Positions 13,517 through 26,749 of a stretch of DNA of 64,000 bases are shown piece by piece (position 1 is the first letter of the stretch; each line of letters opens with the position of its first letter). Both the position numbers and the translations under genes were made by a program. The stretch is from Mytilus trossulus (lineage: Eukaryota), in the NCBI RefSeq assembly GCF_036588685.1, contig NC_086376.1, forward strand, positions 67,621,630-67,685,629. Reading direction: 5' to 3'. The notes beneath the pieces are model-generated. The model saw nothing but the letters and a program-made list of their open reading frames with translations. It did not search any database and was not told the DNA's origin.

Positions 13517-13678
13517 GAAATAATTCTTTCATGCCATGCTCTATGCTCATTTTAATATGGGTATAGGCATTATATTTGTTGATATCTTTATACCAAGTGT
13601 TAGCCAGGTATATATTGACAAATATAATGCCTACCAATGTTAAAATGAGCATAGAGCATGGCATGATAGAATTATTTC
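13517..13678. repeat. ~160-bp near-perfect hairpin, MITE-like
   Basis: GAAATAATTCT.TCATGCCATGCTCTATGCTCATTTTAA..AGGCATTATATTTGT pairs with its reverse complement around a short loop. Confidence 0.8.
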
Positions 13679-13947
13679 GATTCTAATAGAAAAATTATGA
13701 ACTTTTGTACTTTAAAGCTGACTTTAAACACATGTTCAAAAGGCATTCATTTTGGATTGATGAAGTCAAAACGCTAAAGAAAATCAACCGTTTCACAATA
13801 AACAAATGAACAGATACATGTAAACTTACTTTTAAAATGATTTTTTTTAATTTTCAAGTAACACCAAAACAAATGTCCAATTTGATATCCCCCCCATTGT
13901 TCAAAACACAGCTGAGGTTGCAATTTCGATTGTGTTACTTCACTGCT

Positions 13948-14502
13948 AAGCTGCTGACCAGCTATAAAGTATTTCTGTTAAATAGTTTCTGAGTTTGACC
14001 TTGTGGGACCCTCATGGGTGGTCAACATCGTTTAACACCTCTTGGTAGTAGGAGTTTCTGATAAAAATGTGACAGAAATACTTGTTTGAAGAACTGACAG
14101 AATATCAAGGTTGATCCAACATAACCTCCTACTTTATGAGAGGAGGTATATTATATATGGCAAACAAAAATCATGATCAACTAGATTTGAAAAAAAAAAC
14201 AATTACAAAATTAAGAATGGAGATGGGGAATGTGTCAAAGAGACAACATCCCGACCATAGAACAGACAACAGCAGAAGGTCACCAATAGATCTTCAATGC
14301 AGCAAGAAATTCCAGCACCTGGAGCTTCAGCTGGCCCCTAAAATGGCCAAATCCAAATCAATAAATCCTAAAAAAAGTACTTTCTATAAAGAAAACATTT
14401 ACCTATTTCTTTTCCAAGTAAGCCGCGGAGTCACGTCCTGGTCCAGAGATTGATTGTCTACCTTTTTGGCATTTTTGATTGAAAATGAAATTCCCTTAAC
14501 AC
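13948..14502. repeat. Local direct duplication of 11653-12063, with a SINE-like fragment inserted
   Basis: Colinear, high similarity, including the splice donor and the 3' half of the candidate exon. Confidence 0.88.
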
Positions 14503-14700
14503 GTCAAAAAATTCCCTTAACTACGTCAAAAAAGGACCCAGCAAATTGAAAGAAAAACATCATATCAGAATTTTCATTATTAACCTGATTCCTATTTGTA
14601 TATACTTCACCCTTTATACATTATTTTAATGTCACTTCTAATGTTTTGTAATGATTAACATTATTATGAAGCTGTAAAAAACCTTTAAAAAACTAATATT

Positions 14701-15595
14701 AAAAATTTGTAAGGGTTCCGCCAAACCCAGTGTCTTGCCTTCTTTTTGAATCTTAATGTTTTTAGAACTCTAACTACAGACTATATAATAGTAACTGGAA
14801 CAAAAACTTAGTCCATATATAAGTTACATCTGGAAAAACTGGAAATAATTTTTCACAAAATTTCCCTCTAGATACATTATACTAGCTTTTGATCATAAAC
14901 AAGCTTCTGTACATGTTTGGTAGAAATCCAGGATAGTTTATGAAAGTTATTCAAATTTCCCAAAATATTCACCAGAGTGAATGTAACTGGCAGAAAAACT
15001 CAGTCCATTTCTAAGTAAAATATGGAAATAAAAAAAATAGAATTTTATTTTACAAAATTTACATCTTCTGATTATAAACAAGCTTTTGTCCAAGTTTGAT
15101 AGAAATCCAGGATAATTATCAAAATTTAAAACTTTTAACCAGAGTGAATGTAATGTTACCTGGCAGAAAATCCAATTCCATTATAAAATAAAATATAGAT
15201 AAACAAGATTTTATTTTAAAAAAATTTACTTCCTGATACTTTTTTTATGATGATAAACAAGATTAAATCCAAGTTTGGTAGAAATCCAGGATAGTTTAAG
15301 AAAGTTATTAAAAATTTTAAAACTTAAATTACAGAGTGAATGTAATGTTACCTGGCAGAACATTTAAGTCCATTTATAAGTGAAATACGGAAAAACAGGA
15401 ATTATTTTTTTTACTAAATTTATATCTGGATACTATTTTATGATCATAAACAAGGTTCTGTCCAAGTTTGGTAGAAATCAAGGATAGTTTAAGAAAGTTA
15501 TTAAAAATTTTAAAAAATTTAACCACAAAGTGAATACTTGTGGACACAGCCGCTAAAATATGTGATCGCTACAAAAGTCGGAGGCTCAACAAAAA
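14701..15595 (+). mobile_element. Older, diverged copy of the same Helentron-like family (about 4 units)
   Basis: Same 5' end (AAAATTTGTAAGGGTTCCG..AACCCAGTGTCT), same internal repeats and a similar 3' end (AAGTCG..AGGCTC.AC). Confidence 0.65.
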
Positions 15596-16061
15596 TGAGC
15601 ATTCTAAATTAAATTAATATGCACTTCAATTTCAGATTTAATAATGTCAAATCTCAACAGTAAACAAGGTGTCACTTAAGATAGTTGGACAATTGAATAA
15701 AGGAAAAATGTAAGAAGAATACGGTTTTACTCCAAATTTATTCTGAGTCTGCAGCTTCTGAAGAACATCTTCATAAAAATAAACAAAAGTAAATCAGAAA
15801 CTGTATACATATAAATTCTTCTTTTGTGTCAGTCACTATTAAATAATTAAATATGCTGCAGAATTATGTGAGGTGAATCCAGCCATGAAATGTAACCTAT
15901 CTATCAATAATTTTTCCGCAACATTTTCACTGAGGTGAAACTCTGCACATCATGAGCAACTTACTATCAGGCTTGGAGAAATATGCATATTAATGATACA
16001 TAATCACCACATGCTGCTAAATCAATTTATACCCTTTAATAATACATTCTGTATAACTTAC

Positions 16062-16123
16062 CTCGAAATTTCATTAAAACTAAGAAACAGCCTCTGTAAG
16101 CTTGGTAAATTGTCCACATCAAC
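16062..16123 (-). CDS. LRRC49: LRRC49 LRR exon (VDVDNLPSLQRLFLSFNEIS)
   Basis: 62 nt, splice sites ttttgcag and gtaagt, phase 0 to 2. Matches recalled DVDNLPCLQHLFLSFNNIS. Confidence 0.92.
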
Positions 16124-18128
16124 CTGCAAAATCATATATTTGATTAAACATTCAATAATAGAACAAAGAAAGACAACTCTATCATGACTTTTTGACAAAA
16201 AAATGTTCTGGATACTAACAATCATGGAATATCATCTTCCCTGGAATTTGAGGGAAGAGGAAAATACAAATTTGAAAAAATGAAAAACTGGACAAAATAC
16301 AAAATCTTAGAAACTTTGACTGGAATATAGTAAATGATGCAATCAATTTAGAATCTCTCAAAGTAGCAATTTCTTCCAGAAACTGAAACATAAATTTCTT
16401 CCAGAAACTGAAACATGAAATTGATACCAACAAAAACTAGAAGAAACCACGCTATTGAAATAAATAAGTGTCTAAACAACACAAATTAATATATGAATGC
16501 ATCTAAGATTTGGAAATTGGCCTGAAATGTGCATATGTACTAACAAAAGGTCAAAAACAAGGAAAGACAACTAAATAAAGAAAGCCTATTTCACATCTAT
16601 GATTCAACATTAAATAGGGTAAAAAGATATGAATCAATTATAAATTAATTAGATGATTGTGATTTTTTTTTTGCACAGTTAACAGAATGTGAAGATAGTT
16701 AATTTAAAATGAAGTTTAAATTATAAACATAAAATGAAAATAAATTTCCAAGTGAAAGCATGAAAACATAGATAATACCATAAATTGAAATAAAAAAAAA
16801 GAAACGTTTAAAGCCATAGTTTAAAAAAAAAGTTTAAATCAAACTTGGTTTATATACAATCCATTTTATTTACAGTATACTTTTAGTTAACAGGTTAACA
16901 AAACAATACATGACTATAATCTACTCAAATCACTACATTGTATTAGTTTATGTAAGGCTGTTGATTCTTTCAAACCATCCAATATTCCAACAAATTTTTG
17001 AATATAAATCAATAGAAAAAATAGTAAAACTGTCTCATATATAATAAAACCTGTCTAAACTGACCCCTCATAGGTGTTTTGTTTGGATTATACAGGTATT
17101 AGGATTAAATAAAAAATATTCAAGAATATTCATTGTTTCAATGTACCAAGTGAAATCCATAATAAATATTAAGCTAAAAAAATTGCTCAGACGTGACAAA
17201 ATGCAACATATTTTTAAACAAGAAATCAAACGACCAGATTTATGACAAAACTGAATGAAAAACAAATATATGAGAGACAGCAATCAATGACAACCATTGA
17301 AGAACAGGCTCCTGACTGGGAACTAAAACACAGAAATTATAAAGGTTAAAACATGTCTTTTGAGCACTCATTCCTTTCCCTTTTTTGGAAAAGTATAAAA
17401 ATCAAATTTTAGAAAAGTCAGATGGAAACGGATTATCTCAACAGATTGGTACAAAGTTAAATGAGAGTTGATGTATATGTGGTCAATTTATACTTAAAAA
17501 ACTTAAGGTATATGACCACAGGACATAGATGGAATAATACAGTTGTTATCCATTCGTTTTATGAGTCTTAGCTTTTGATTTTGCCATTTGATTTGTTTAG
17601 AATTTTCCTAAAAGTTTGGTATCTTTGTTATTTTACATTTTTCCTGGATTGACTTTCATCAAAAATGGTCAAACCTCGACCTTTGAAAGCCAAAAATGTT
17701 GAAGCCTTAGTTTCTAAAAAACAATTCAAAAAATAAATTTAGAAAGATATGTACTAAATCAATGTCATTACTGGTGAACTGACTACTGAGCTGATGATAC
17801 TCTCTTGTACTTAATTGACGCTTAAATCTATAGTATCAAGACATTTGATTGAGGCATACACATGACAAAATGACCTGATACTTGCTACACATATACTGAT
17901 ACATACTAAAGGTTAAATAAATGATCAATTTCTTGTCTCCTACGACAGGCACAAACATTGGACATTAAAAGCACATTATCATATTATTTATTTTCCTCAT
18001 CTACCCAGTTTTTCTAAATTTTGGAATTAATTGTTTCATTACATTTGCTCCAATTTTTGTACATAAATAGTTTTAAATTGATGTGGCCTAATCTAACATC
18101 CCCTGGGTTTAATTCCTTAGTATCTGCT

Positions 18129-18581
18129 GGCCCGAGAACACAGTTATTTCGTAGTGCATTTCTTTTAGACAATAAATTCAAATTAAAAAAATCGCACCTG
18201 CTCTTTCTTAAAAATAGTTTTACAGTGTAGTGTACTACCAGTGAGACAAATAATATCAAAATTATAGAAACTTCTACCAGCTCTAACTCAAAATATTGGC
18301 AATTCTGTGTTAAGGGGGTGTAAAATTCAGTTTGACAGCTTCAGACGTGATAAAATTTGACCTTTCAGAACTGGACCAATTCACTCCTTAACATAAAGTT
18401 TCAGCACCCAAATTTTTTTGACATGTAATTACATCCCCCTACTTAATATTTCATGCATTTAATATAAATAAATAAATAGGGAAAGTGTATTAAATAAAAC
18501 ATGCAAGTTATACACTGTTTACACTAGGGACTATATTCGTAGACAACGAAAACCAAAGGACGATAACTGTGTCATTGGACC
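18129..18581. mobile_element. 453-bp MITE, copy 1
   Basis: Imperfect TIR GGCCCGAGAACACAGTTAT / ATAACTGTGTCATTGGACC. Near-identical to 20178-20630. Confidence 0.8.
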
Positions 18582-19334
18582 TAATAGGACAGAAAGACTT
18601 GACCAATCTTTATAAAACTTTGCATAACCTAAGCTTGGGCAATAATGAGATGGTTTGCCAAGTTTCATGGCCATATGTCATATATAACAGAAACTGGGGT
18701 CATTTTAGTATTGACATTTGGATGTTTATTTTTGACGTATAAATTAAATATCTTCAACTGTCAAGATTTTGGCCTAAAAACTTGAAATTTTGCAAAAATT
18801 TACTTTTTAAATGCTCTTGAATATTATATATTAAGTATCAAAAGCATCTGCACACTCATTTTATTTATCAGATGTATTGTATTTATTCCAAAGTCAAATT
18901 TATATGCGCCTATGCATGAAAATAGAGATTTTCCAATTCAGGGAAGCCTTATATAAATATGCATTTTTGTTAGCCAATTTGAAGTTTTTGAAGTTTTTTA
19001 AGCCTAAATTATTCTTTCATATATATTAAATGTACTTTAAATGTATAGAAAAGTTACAAAAAGTATACCACATGAGTATAAAATGGTCTTGGAACATGCA
19101 GTACTGAGAATTATTTAGAGTCAATTTAGGCGGTAGTCCAAATTGACATATAAAAATGCACACAGAAGCTATCAGAAGTGAAAATGTGTTACTTTTTGTT
19201 CATTTCTATGCTAAGGTGTTATCATACAAGAAGTCTAAATGCAAAAGGACTCTTGCATTTAAATTTTTTGAAAGACAATATGGTCTGGCGGCCAGTTTTT
19301 TCACATTTCGATGGAAAACTTGCATTTAGTTTAA

Positions 19335-19632
19335 CCCTTTCCTCCATTGAATTTTTTTTTTGGCATACTTGATTCGCATAGGATTTTTTTGATAAAATGC
19401 TAAACTTATGCTTTAAAGTATTAAGGCATTGCGAAAAACAACTATTTCATCAAATAAATTTAAGTTGGATATTCCTATGATATTCCTTTTCATATTGGAT
19501 ACAAACTTTATTAAGTCAACTGCAGACACTTTGTAGTCAAAGTGTTTCAACTGAGGTACTACACAGGCGTCAAAAGGCGTCATTATGGAGTAAGGGGGGT
19601 GGCGTCAAAAGGCGTCATTATGGAGGAAAGGG
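19335..19632. mobile_element. piggyBac-type MITE
   Basis: TTAA|CCCTTTCCTCCAT ... ATGGAGGAAAGGG|TTAA: 13-bp TIR with CCC/GGG ends and a TTAA TSD. The subterminal repeat GGCGTCAAAAGGCGTCATTATGGAG occurs twice. Confidence 0.9.
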
Positions 19633-20177
19633 TTAAGTCTCAAAAGGTATAAATTTGGACCACTTACTATCATACAGGAAAAAAATATGGTAACCTTTAA
19701 AGGAGTAAGGTGTACTGAATATAGTAAAAAGCTTTCTTTTCAGATTTAGTGAAATATTTGTGATGGACTAGAGATTTGATGTACAAAGCGCTTCACATTT
19801 TACATACATCAGTTAGGCCGTTTAACCAGGGCCATGAATACAAAATATTCTGCACTTTTTTTCTGTGATAGTCTACTTTTCTCTTTATTCAGAGTTCACA
19901 AATGGTTAATTAAATTTGATTTAAGCACAGAAACACAAATATCAGGAACAAAAAAGCTGTCAGATAGAAAGTCAGCATGCCTCTTAGGCATAAAATGTAA
20001 ACTTCTTTAAAATCCTTATTATAGCCGTAGAATGCCAAAATGTCAATTTTTAACAGAATTTCTGTAAACCAAAGATGTAAATCCTTTACTTTTATTGAGT
20101 TTGACAAATTGAAACCAGCAAATCATTCAGGAAAGTTCCCAAAGTACAGAATCTAGATTTCAGTAATCCATCTCTTA

Positions 20178-20630
20178 GGCCCGAGAACACAGTTATTTCG
20201 TAGTGCATTTCTTTTAGACAATAAATTCAAATTAAAAAAATCGCACCTGCTCTTTCTTAAAAATAGTTTTACAGTGTAGTGTACTACCAGTGAGACAAAT
20301 AATATCAAAATTATAGAAACCTCTACCAGCTCTAACTCAAAATATTGGCAATTCTGTGTTAAGGGGGTGTAAAATTCAGTTTGACAGCTTCAGACGTGAT
20401 AAAATTTGACCTTTCAGAACTGGACCAATTCACTCCTTAACATAAAGTTTCAGCACCCAAATTTTTTTGACATGTAATTACATCCCCCTACTTAATATTT
20501 CATGCATTTAATATAAATAAATAAATAGGGAAAGTGTATTAAATAAAACATGCAAGTTATACACTGTTTACACTAGGGACTATATTCGTAGACAACGAAA
20601 ACCAAAGGACGATAACTGTGTCATTGGACC
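20178..20630. mobile_element. 453-bp MITE, copy 2 (direct orientation)
   Basis: Same length and ends as 18129-18581. I found only one substitution between the copies. Confidence 0.8.
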
Positions 20631-23084
20631 TGCTATAATATATAATAATAGAGCATATAAAATCTACTCTGTTTCCAAAACTGAGCAATCTATTGTAAAA
20701 TCTGTTTTACATCATACCATTCTCCACTATATTTTAACATTCTGACATTTTGTTAACACATGTTGCTGCAATAATAACTCAATGTTTGTGAAATTTTTGT
20801 GAAATTGTTCATGATTTTGATTTTATGATAATTTGGAAAATATAGCTGCATCATTTAAGTGTGCACTAAGTTCAAGTTTGCTTGGTTGCTAGGTGAACTA
20901 GATATTCACTAAGTAAAGAAACAAAATGGTCAAATAGGTTTACCGCCCATAGTTTTGTTACATGGCTCCATTATTTGATTGGCAAAAATTAAAAAAAATA
21001 CACTCTTTTAAAATGAAGAGTACAATTGAATTATTGACTAGTAAACAAGAAACTTAAACTTATTCATCTATGTACACACTTAAAATGATACAAGTATTTT
21101 TTTCTCTCAGACCAAGAATAAATGGAATGTATATTAATAAACTGCTGCACCATAAACACTCCATTCCCCAACAATTCTTAGAAAAAGTTTTGACTTTATT
21201 TTTCAGTCTTATGCTTCTTTCCAATAACTAAACATGTGTATTAAACTGATTCAATCTGGAATTCCTTAATACTAAGGTTAATACAAAGATTAAACTTCCT
21301 TAACTGTTGAAAGACAATGGGAAAATTGTCAAAAGTGTCTAGATCCTCAAACCATCAGTTCACTTTGGGAAATTTATTAAACTTTGAAATAGTGTAGTAT
21401 GTTAGATCTTGCTTACTTTTTTAAAATCAAATTCCCATACTCTGAAAACTGAAAAGGCTATGGTGAATATTGTTTAAAAGTCAACAGAAGGAAAAAAATT
21501 TGATGATGTTTAAAGTAAACCACTTATGGCAAACTTGAGTTAGAGTGCTTCATGTGAAAAATTGCTTACCCGGTATTTTTCACGCTTCACAGTCCTATAA
21601 CTCTAGGTTACAAAAAATGAAAATTGTCAAAAATTAACAAACAGACCATGTTTTGAAATATTTTGGTCAATGTAATTTCAGACTGAGAGGTAGACCTTAT
21701 CCCTAATCCCGGCTGACCCGGCCGCTTGAACTTTTGACGTTTACAACAATCACTAATCCATTGTGGCGTCAGATATTTTGTTTTATGACGTCAAAATTTT
21801 TTCGGGAACCTGTGTGATTTCAAGCAATGGCGGACAAATAGCGATAAAGTGTATGCTGTTCCACATGTACAATTAAATTGCTTTAGTCCTTATACATATT
21901 AACTGTTTCTCTAATAAAACTACACAACATTTCATATACTATATGTATAAACTGATATAATAAACATTTAATTTACTCAAAACCACAGTAAGATATAGTG
22001 ACACTGTTAAACAAATGTATTTCTAACATTTTCCTTTGTTACAGCCAAATGACTTGATTGTGTAGGTAGAGGTAATATCTTTGGTAAGCTTGCTTTCTAC
22101 TTGAACTGTAAAGTTATTATTAGGTTAGGTATACTACCCTCTTTTAAGAGAAGACTAGTCCTATAGATAACCAATATATATGTGTATAAACTACTCTGAA
22201 GGTACTATGTAGTATATCTAATCTTATAATGATTTCACAATTCAGCTAACAAGCAATTGATGATAGTATCTTTACCTTCAGACTCAAGTCTGTAAACCTA
22301 AACAATTCTTTCACTCAAACTCCCAATAACATTTTGTACATCAAAAAAATGATTTCCATAAGAATATATCCATTCAAAGAAAGATAACTCCTGCTGATTA
22401 ATAGTTCTTAAAATTCCATATAAGCTTAAATAACTGGACTAAGAGAGCAGACAGATTTTTAGCAGACACAACAATTAATGCACTATATAGAGTTTTAGTT
22501 CAATAATATTTACCTTTCTACTCTGTTAAAAAAGTCATTTATGAATCAACTAATTATTGTACAAAAGTGTTACTCTCTAATAGCCTATGGTCAAGTTGAT
22601 GTAATTGAATGATGACAGTGAATTACTTCCACTTGACCCTGAGATAAATTTGTCATGATGTAGAATGGAATATGAGAATGTTGTAAACTCTTGCAAGTAA
22701 ATAGAATATAAAGGCGATAATTTGAAACACCATATAAATGTATAAAGTCCATAAAATAGTGTATATACTGTTTTTGCATAACTTCTAAAAAACTGAAGTA
22801 AACAACTTTAGTTGTCTGATTTTGATAAAAGGCCATTAAAATTAAACTCAAAGCATAATTTCAACTTGCAATAGGATTTTGTAATTAACAAAAAAATGTT
22901 GGTTATTTTTTTAAGTTTAAAGCACAATCTAAATTGAAAATAAACAAAATTAATTAAAATAGAGATACATTGTAAATTTCCTACCCTTGAAGATCAGAAG
23001 ATTATAAATAACTACATAATTTGAAGTAATGTTGTATATAAACCAAATTTAAGATCCTACATTACATTCTAAGATTATACATAC

Positions 23085-23228
23085 CACAGTTTTGATTTTG
23101 TTCCGTCGAAGGTTTAGTTCAGCTAATGAATCCATACCCGATAAGTTATCTACATGCACTATATGATTTCCTGCTAAATTAAGCACTCGTAACTCGGACA
23201 GATGATTTAAATTTTCTATATTGGATAT
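23085..23228 (-). CDS. LRRC49: LRRC49 LRR exon (ISNIENLNHLSELRVLNLAGNHIVHVDNLSGMDSLAELNLRRNKIKTV)
   Basis: 144 nt, splice sites tttcag and gtatgt, phase 0-0. Encodes two LRRs. Confidence 0.95.
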
Positions 23229-23541
23229 CTGAAATAATATAAAAAACATATTTTGGGATAAATTCCTTTATACAGTAAATTGGGCAAATGAAATTCAAAC
23301 AGAAAGGATTATACATATCAATATGATCATACTCTAAAACCATAGCAATTTCTGAAAAGCCAAGAGCCTCTCATTCATAAAGTAATAGGTTCTTGTTGCT
23401 TAAAGTCATATGAAACCTCAATTTAAAAATTTTTTTTGAGTGACTATCCTCTTTTGAATGACTGTCTCATTTCTTAATAAATCTACTAGTCTGGTAGACA
23501 TATTAAGTGGTGACCTATCAGGTGTACTTGAAAATAATTAC

Positions 23542-23608
23542 CTGATTTCCATGTAAATCTAAAACATCTAACTTGAACAAAGTATCTAAGTTTTCTATCC
23601 TCCTTATC
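23542..23608 (-). CDS. LRRC49: LRRC49 LRR exon (IRRIENLDTLFKLDVLDLHGNQ)
   Basis: 67 nt, splice sites ttttcag and gtaatt, phase 2 to 0. Contains the LDVLDLHGNQ motif. Confidence 0.93.
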
Positions 23609-24283
23609 CTGAAAAAAAACCCCAAACATGTTAACTAGATTAAAGAAGACACTCACAATACAAACAAAAAATGTTGTGTCTTTTTATATTGTTTTCTCAT
23701 TTGATATATGTATCAATAAAACTTTTTTCAAAAACAAAAGCATAGCTACTAGGTATATAAAATATAATAACTTTTATAAAAGGAAAACTTTAAATGTAGT
23801 ACTGCACATGGCGTTCATTATCACTGAACTAGTATATATTTGTTTAGGAGCCAGCTGGAGGACGCCTCCGGGTGCGAGAATTTCTCATTACATTGAAGAC
23901 CTGTTGGTGGTGACCTTCTTCTGTTGTTTTTTCTATGGTAGGGTTGTTGTCTCTTTGATACATTCCCCATTTCCTTTCTCATTTTTATCTGTCAATTTGT
24001 TCATAAAAAACATTTACCAGTAGGAATTTCCAGTCTATGAAATGGTAAAAGGACACCCTTTAAAAACATATACTGTAGTGGTCATTGTTCAAATGATTAG
24101 ATTTTTTCGTTAGAAAAAAGTGTATCAAAAGACAATTTCAATGGTAGCTGCACAAATCTGGACAAAGTTTTATTGGTCAATAATCAATCAAATTCATTTT
24201 TACTTAGTTTAATTTTGTCAATAAATTGATCAACTTTTTTCAAAAGTAAGATTTAGTCCTACTATATATCCTATCATACTAAC

Positions 24284-24487
24284 CTGTTTTTACCTAACAT
24301 AAGAACCCGTAATGATTTCAGTGCATTCAATCCTGCTATTTCTTCTATTTGATTGTCATACAAATCTAAGAATATCAAACGTTTTAATGAACTCAGATGC
24401 TGGATTTTGCATATCATATTGTGTTGATAATTGAGCAGACGCAGCTGTTCTTCTCCCTCCAAAATTGGACATACTGTTAGTTTCCGT
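24284..24487 (-). CDS. LRRC49: LRRC49 LRR exon (RKLTVCPILEGEEQLRLLNYQHN...LDLYDNQIEEIAGLNALKSLRVLMLGKNR)
   Basis: SDS22-type LRRs that closely match recalled vertebrate LRRC49 (KLTVCPII..LRLLNFQHN..LDLYDNQIEEI..LRVLLLGKNR). Splice sites ttttcag and gttagt, phase 2-2. Confidence 0.95.
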
Positions 24488-24767
24488 CTGAAAATATTTA
24501 AATTAGATAATGTAAATATTTTGAAGGCAAAGTTTACATTTAATAATTCATTATTCAATAATCAATAATATAAACACATAGTATATTAAAGTAACATATA
24601 CTTTCTAAACATAGTAGTAAATATAGGAGTAATTGTCATGCTGTGTTATTTCTCCCGTATTTATTATCCATAAAAATTAATGACTGCCAATTTTTTAAAA
24701 ATACACAAAAACCTCAAAATATCATACCAAATGCCACTAATCTGAAACAAAAACCATAATTCAAGAA

Positions 24768-25258
24768 AACAAGAATGTGTCCACAGTACACGGATGCCCC
24801 ACTTGCACTATCATTTTCTATTCTTAGTGGACCATTAAATTGGAATAAATTCTCTAATTTGGCATTTAAATTAGAATGATGTTATCAAAGGGAACATGTA
24901 AACTAAGTTTCAAGTTGATTGGACTTCTACTTTATCAAAAGCTACCTTGACCATAAACTTTAACCTGAAATTTGCACTATCATTTTCTATGTTCAGTGAA
25001 CCATAAAATTGGGGTCAAAACTCTAATTTGGCATTAAAATTAGAAAGATCATATCACAGGGCACATGAATACTAAGTTTCAAGTTGATTGGACTTCAACT
25101 TCATCAAAAACTACCTTGACCAAAAACTTTAACCTGAAGCGGGACGGACGGATGGACGAACAGAGGCATGGACGGACGCACAGACAGACAGACAAACGAA
25201 CGGAGGCACAGACCAGAAAACATAATGCCCCTCTACTATCGTAGGTAGTGCATTAAAA
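24768..25258 (+). mobile_element. Second Helentron-like (pearl/DTC-type) family, forward copy
   Basis: AACAAGAATGTGTCC start, two ~140-bp internal repeats, a (GGAC/AGAC)n microsatellite and a 3' palindrome CTACTATCGTAG. Confidence 0.7.
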
Positions 25259-26643
25259 TGTCAGTCCACTATTGGGTCTTCAATGCAGCTAGAAACTAAT
25301 TTTATGTATCATTGTCATTTTGTTTAGTTTCATTTGTTACCTATTCTGACATCAGACTTGGACTTCTTTTAAACTGAGTTTTACTGTGTGTTTGGTTTTT
25401 TTCTACATTGGCTAGAGGTATAGGAAGAGGGTTATGAACTCAAAAACATCTTTAACCCAGCTGTATTTTTGCGCCTGTCCCAAGTCAGGAGTCTCTGGCC
25501 TTTGTTAGTCTTGTATGAGTTTAGTATAACATTGTCACTGAACTGGTATATATTTGTTAAGGGGCCAGCTGAAGGACGCCTCGAGGTGTGGGAATTTCTC
25601 ATTGCATTGAAGACCTGTTGATGACCTTTCGCTGTTGTCTGCTCCATGGTCGGGTTGTTGTCTCTTTGACACATTCCCCATTCCCATTCTCTATTTTATT
25701 ATGTCAATATATATAAACAATTCACCAAAGTTTCATGGAAACGACTCAAAGTTTTTTTGGAGGGCATTGTCTGAAAAATGGACAATCCCCCCTTTTTAGG
25801 GAACATAAAAAAATAAAAATTCAAAAACAAAAAATCTAAAATTATATAAAAATTGAAAGGGAGCTCTCATCAATATTTATAAAGAATTCACCAAAGTTTC
25901 ATTCAAATTTGTTTAATAGATATATGACATGTGGTAAAAGTGCCAATGAGACAACTCTCCATCCAAGTCACAATTTGTAAAAGTTAACCATTTAAGCCTT
26001 TTTGTGTTATTGTCCGACATGTTGACAACAGACAGACTAACTGAAGGACGGACAAGGGTATACCATAATATGCCCCATAAGATGGTGTATAAAAGAATAA
26101 AGGCAATGGTCATTAAAGTGTTACTGAACTATATTGTACTGTCTAAGGGATTGTTAGCCAATGGATATCAAGCAACAAACCACTCAATCAATCTAATGTG
26201 GCTGTATTTATATGTATCATTGATGCATAATAAATCATAAGGAATCAATATTGGCATTGATTCCCGGTAGATTTGAAAGGCAAATATCATAAAAAAAATT
26301 GTAGTCTTTTTTTATACTATTCATGCCTGATTACTATGACTCAACTATCTAAGGAGTGGCATATTGTTTTTGAAGTGAATATATGTGATAAGTAAATCAG
26401 TGTAAGATATACAATGACACACAGTTCCCTATATATACTGGTTAAACTTCAGATAGATTAGATCATCCCTTAGATTTTTCTCTAGGGCTGCACTCGAAAA
26501 AATTAAGGAGGTGTACAGCAGCTTTATTATTTAATGCATATTGTGCTATATTCTTTACCTAAGCACTTAATAATTATGTTTACTCCAGTTTCCTTATATT
26601 ATGTAATGTAAAAGTTCATAATATGTCGATTTAAATGAAATAC

Positions 26644-26749
26644 CTGTCTAGATTAAGTCTGTCTGGATTTGAAGATCTCTCTTCAGGTGTTCTATAAACT
26701 ACAGGTATTCCTGGAGCTGAAGGACTCTCTGCAAATATTACTCTATCAC
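26644..26749 (-). CDS. LRRC49: LRRC49 exon (GDRVIFAESPSAPGIPVVYRTPEERSSNPDRLNLDR)
   Basis: Acceptor taacag, donor AG|gtattt, phase 1 to 2. Resembles the vertebrate LRRC49 segment just before the LRRs (..EEKILYSDRLSLER, recalled). Confidence 0.88.

Noticed and set aside
17640-17830. Possible third hammerhead/retrozyme remnant (CTACTGAGCTGATGATAC)
   Set aside because: It resembles the 60820-60870 segment but is too decayed. I could not build a core plus stems.
20886-20898. RFX X-box-like GTTGCTAGGTGAAC in a cilia-related gene
   Set aside because: Imperfect match, deep in an intron and not near any candidate TSS.
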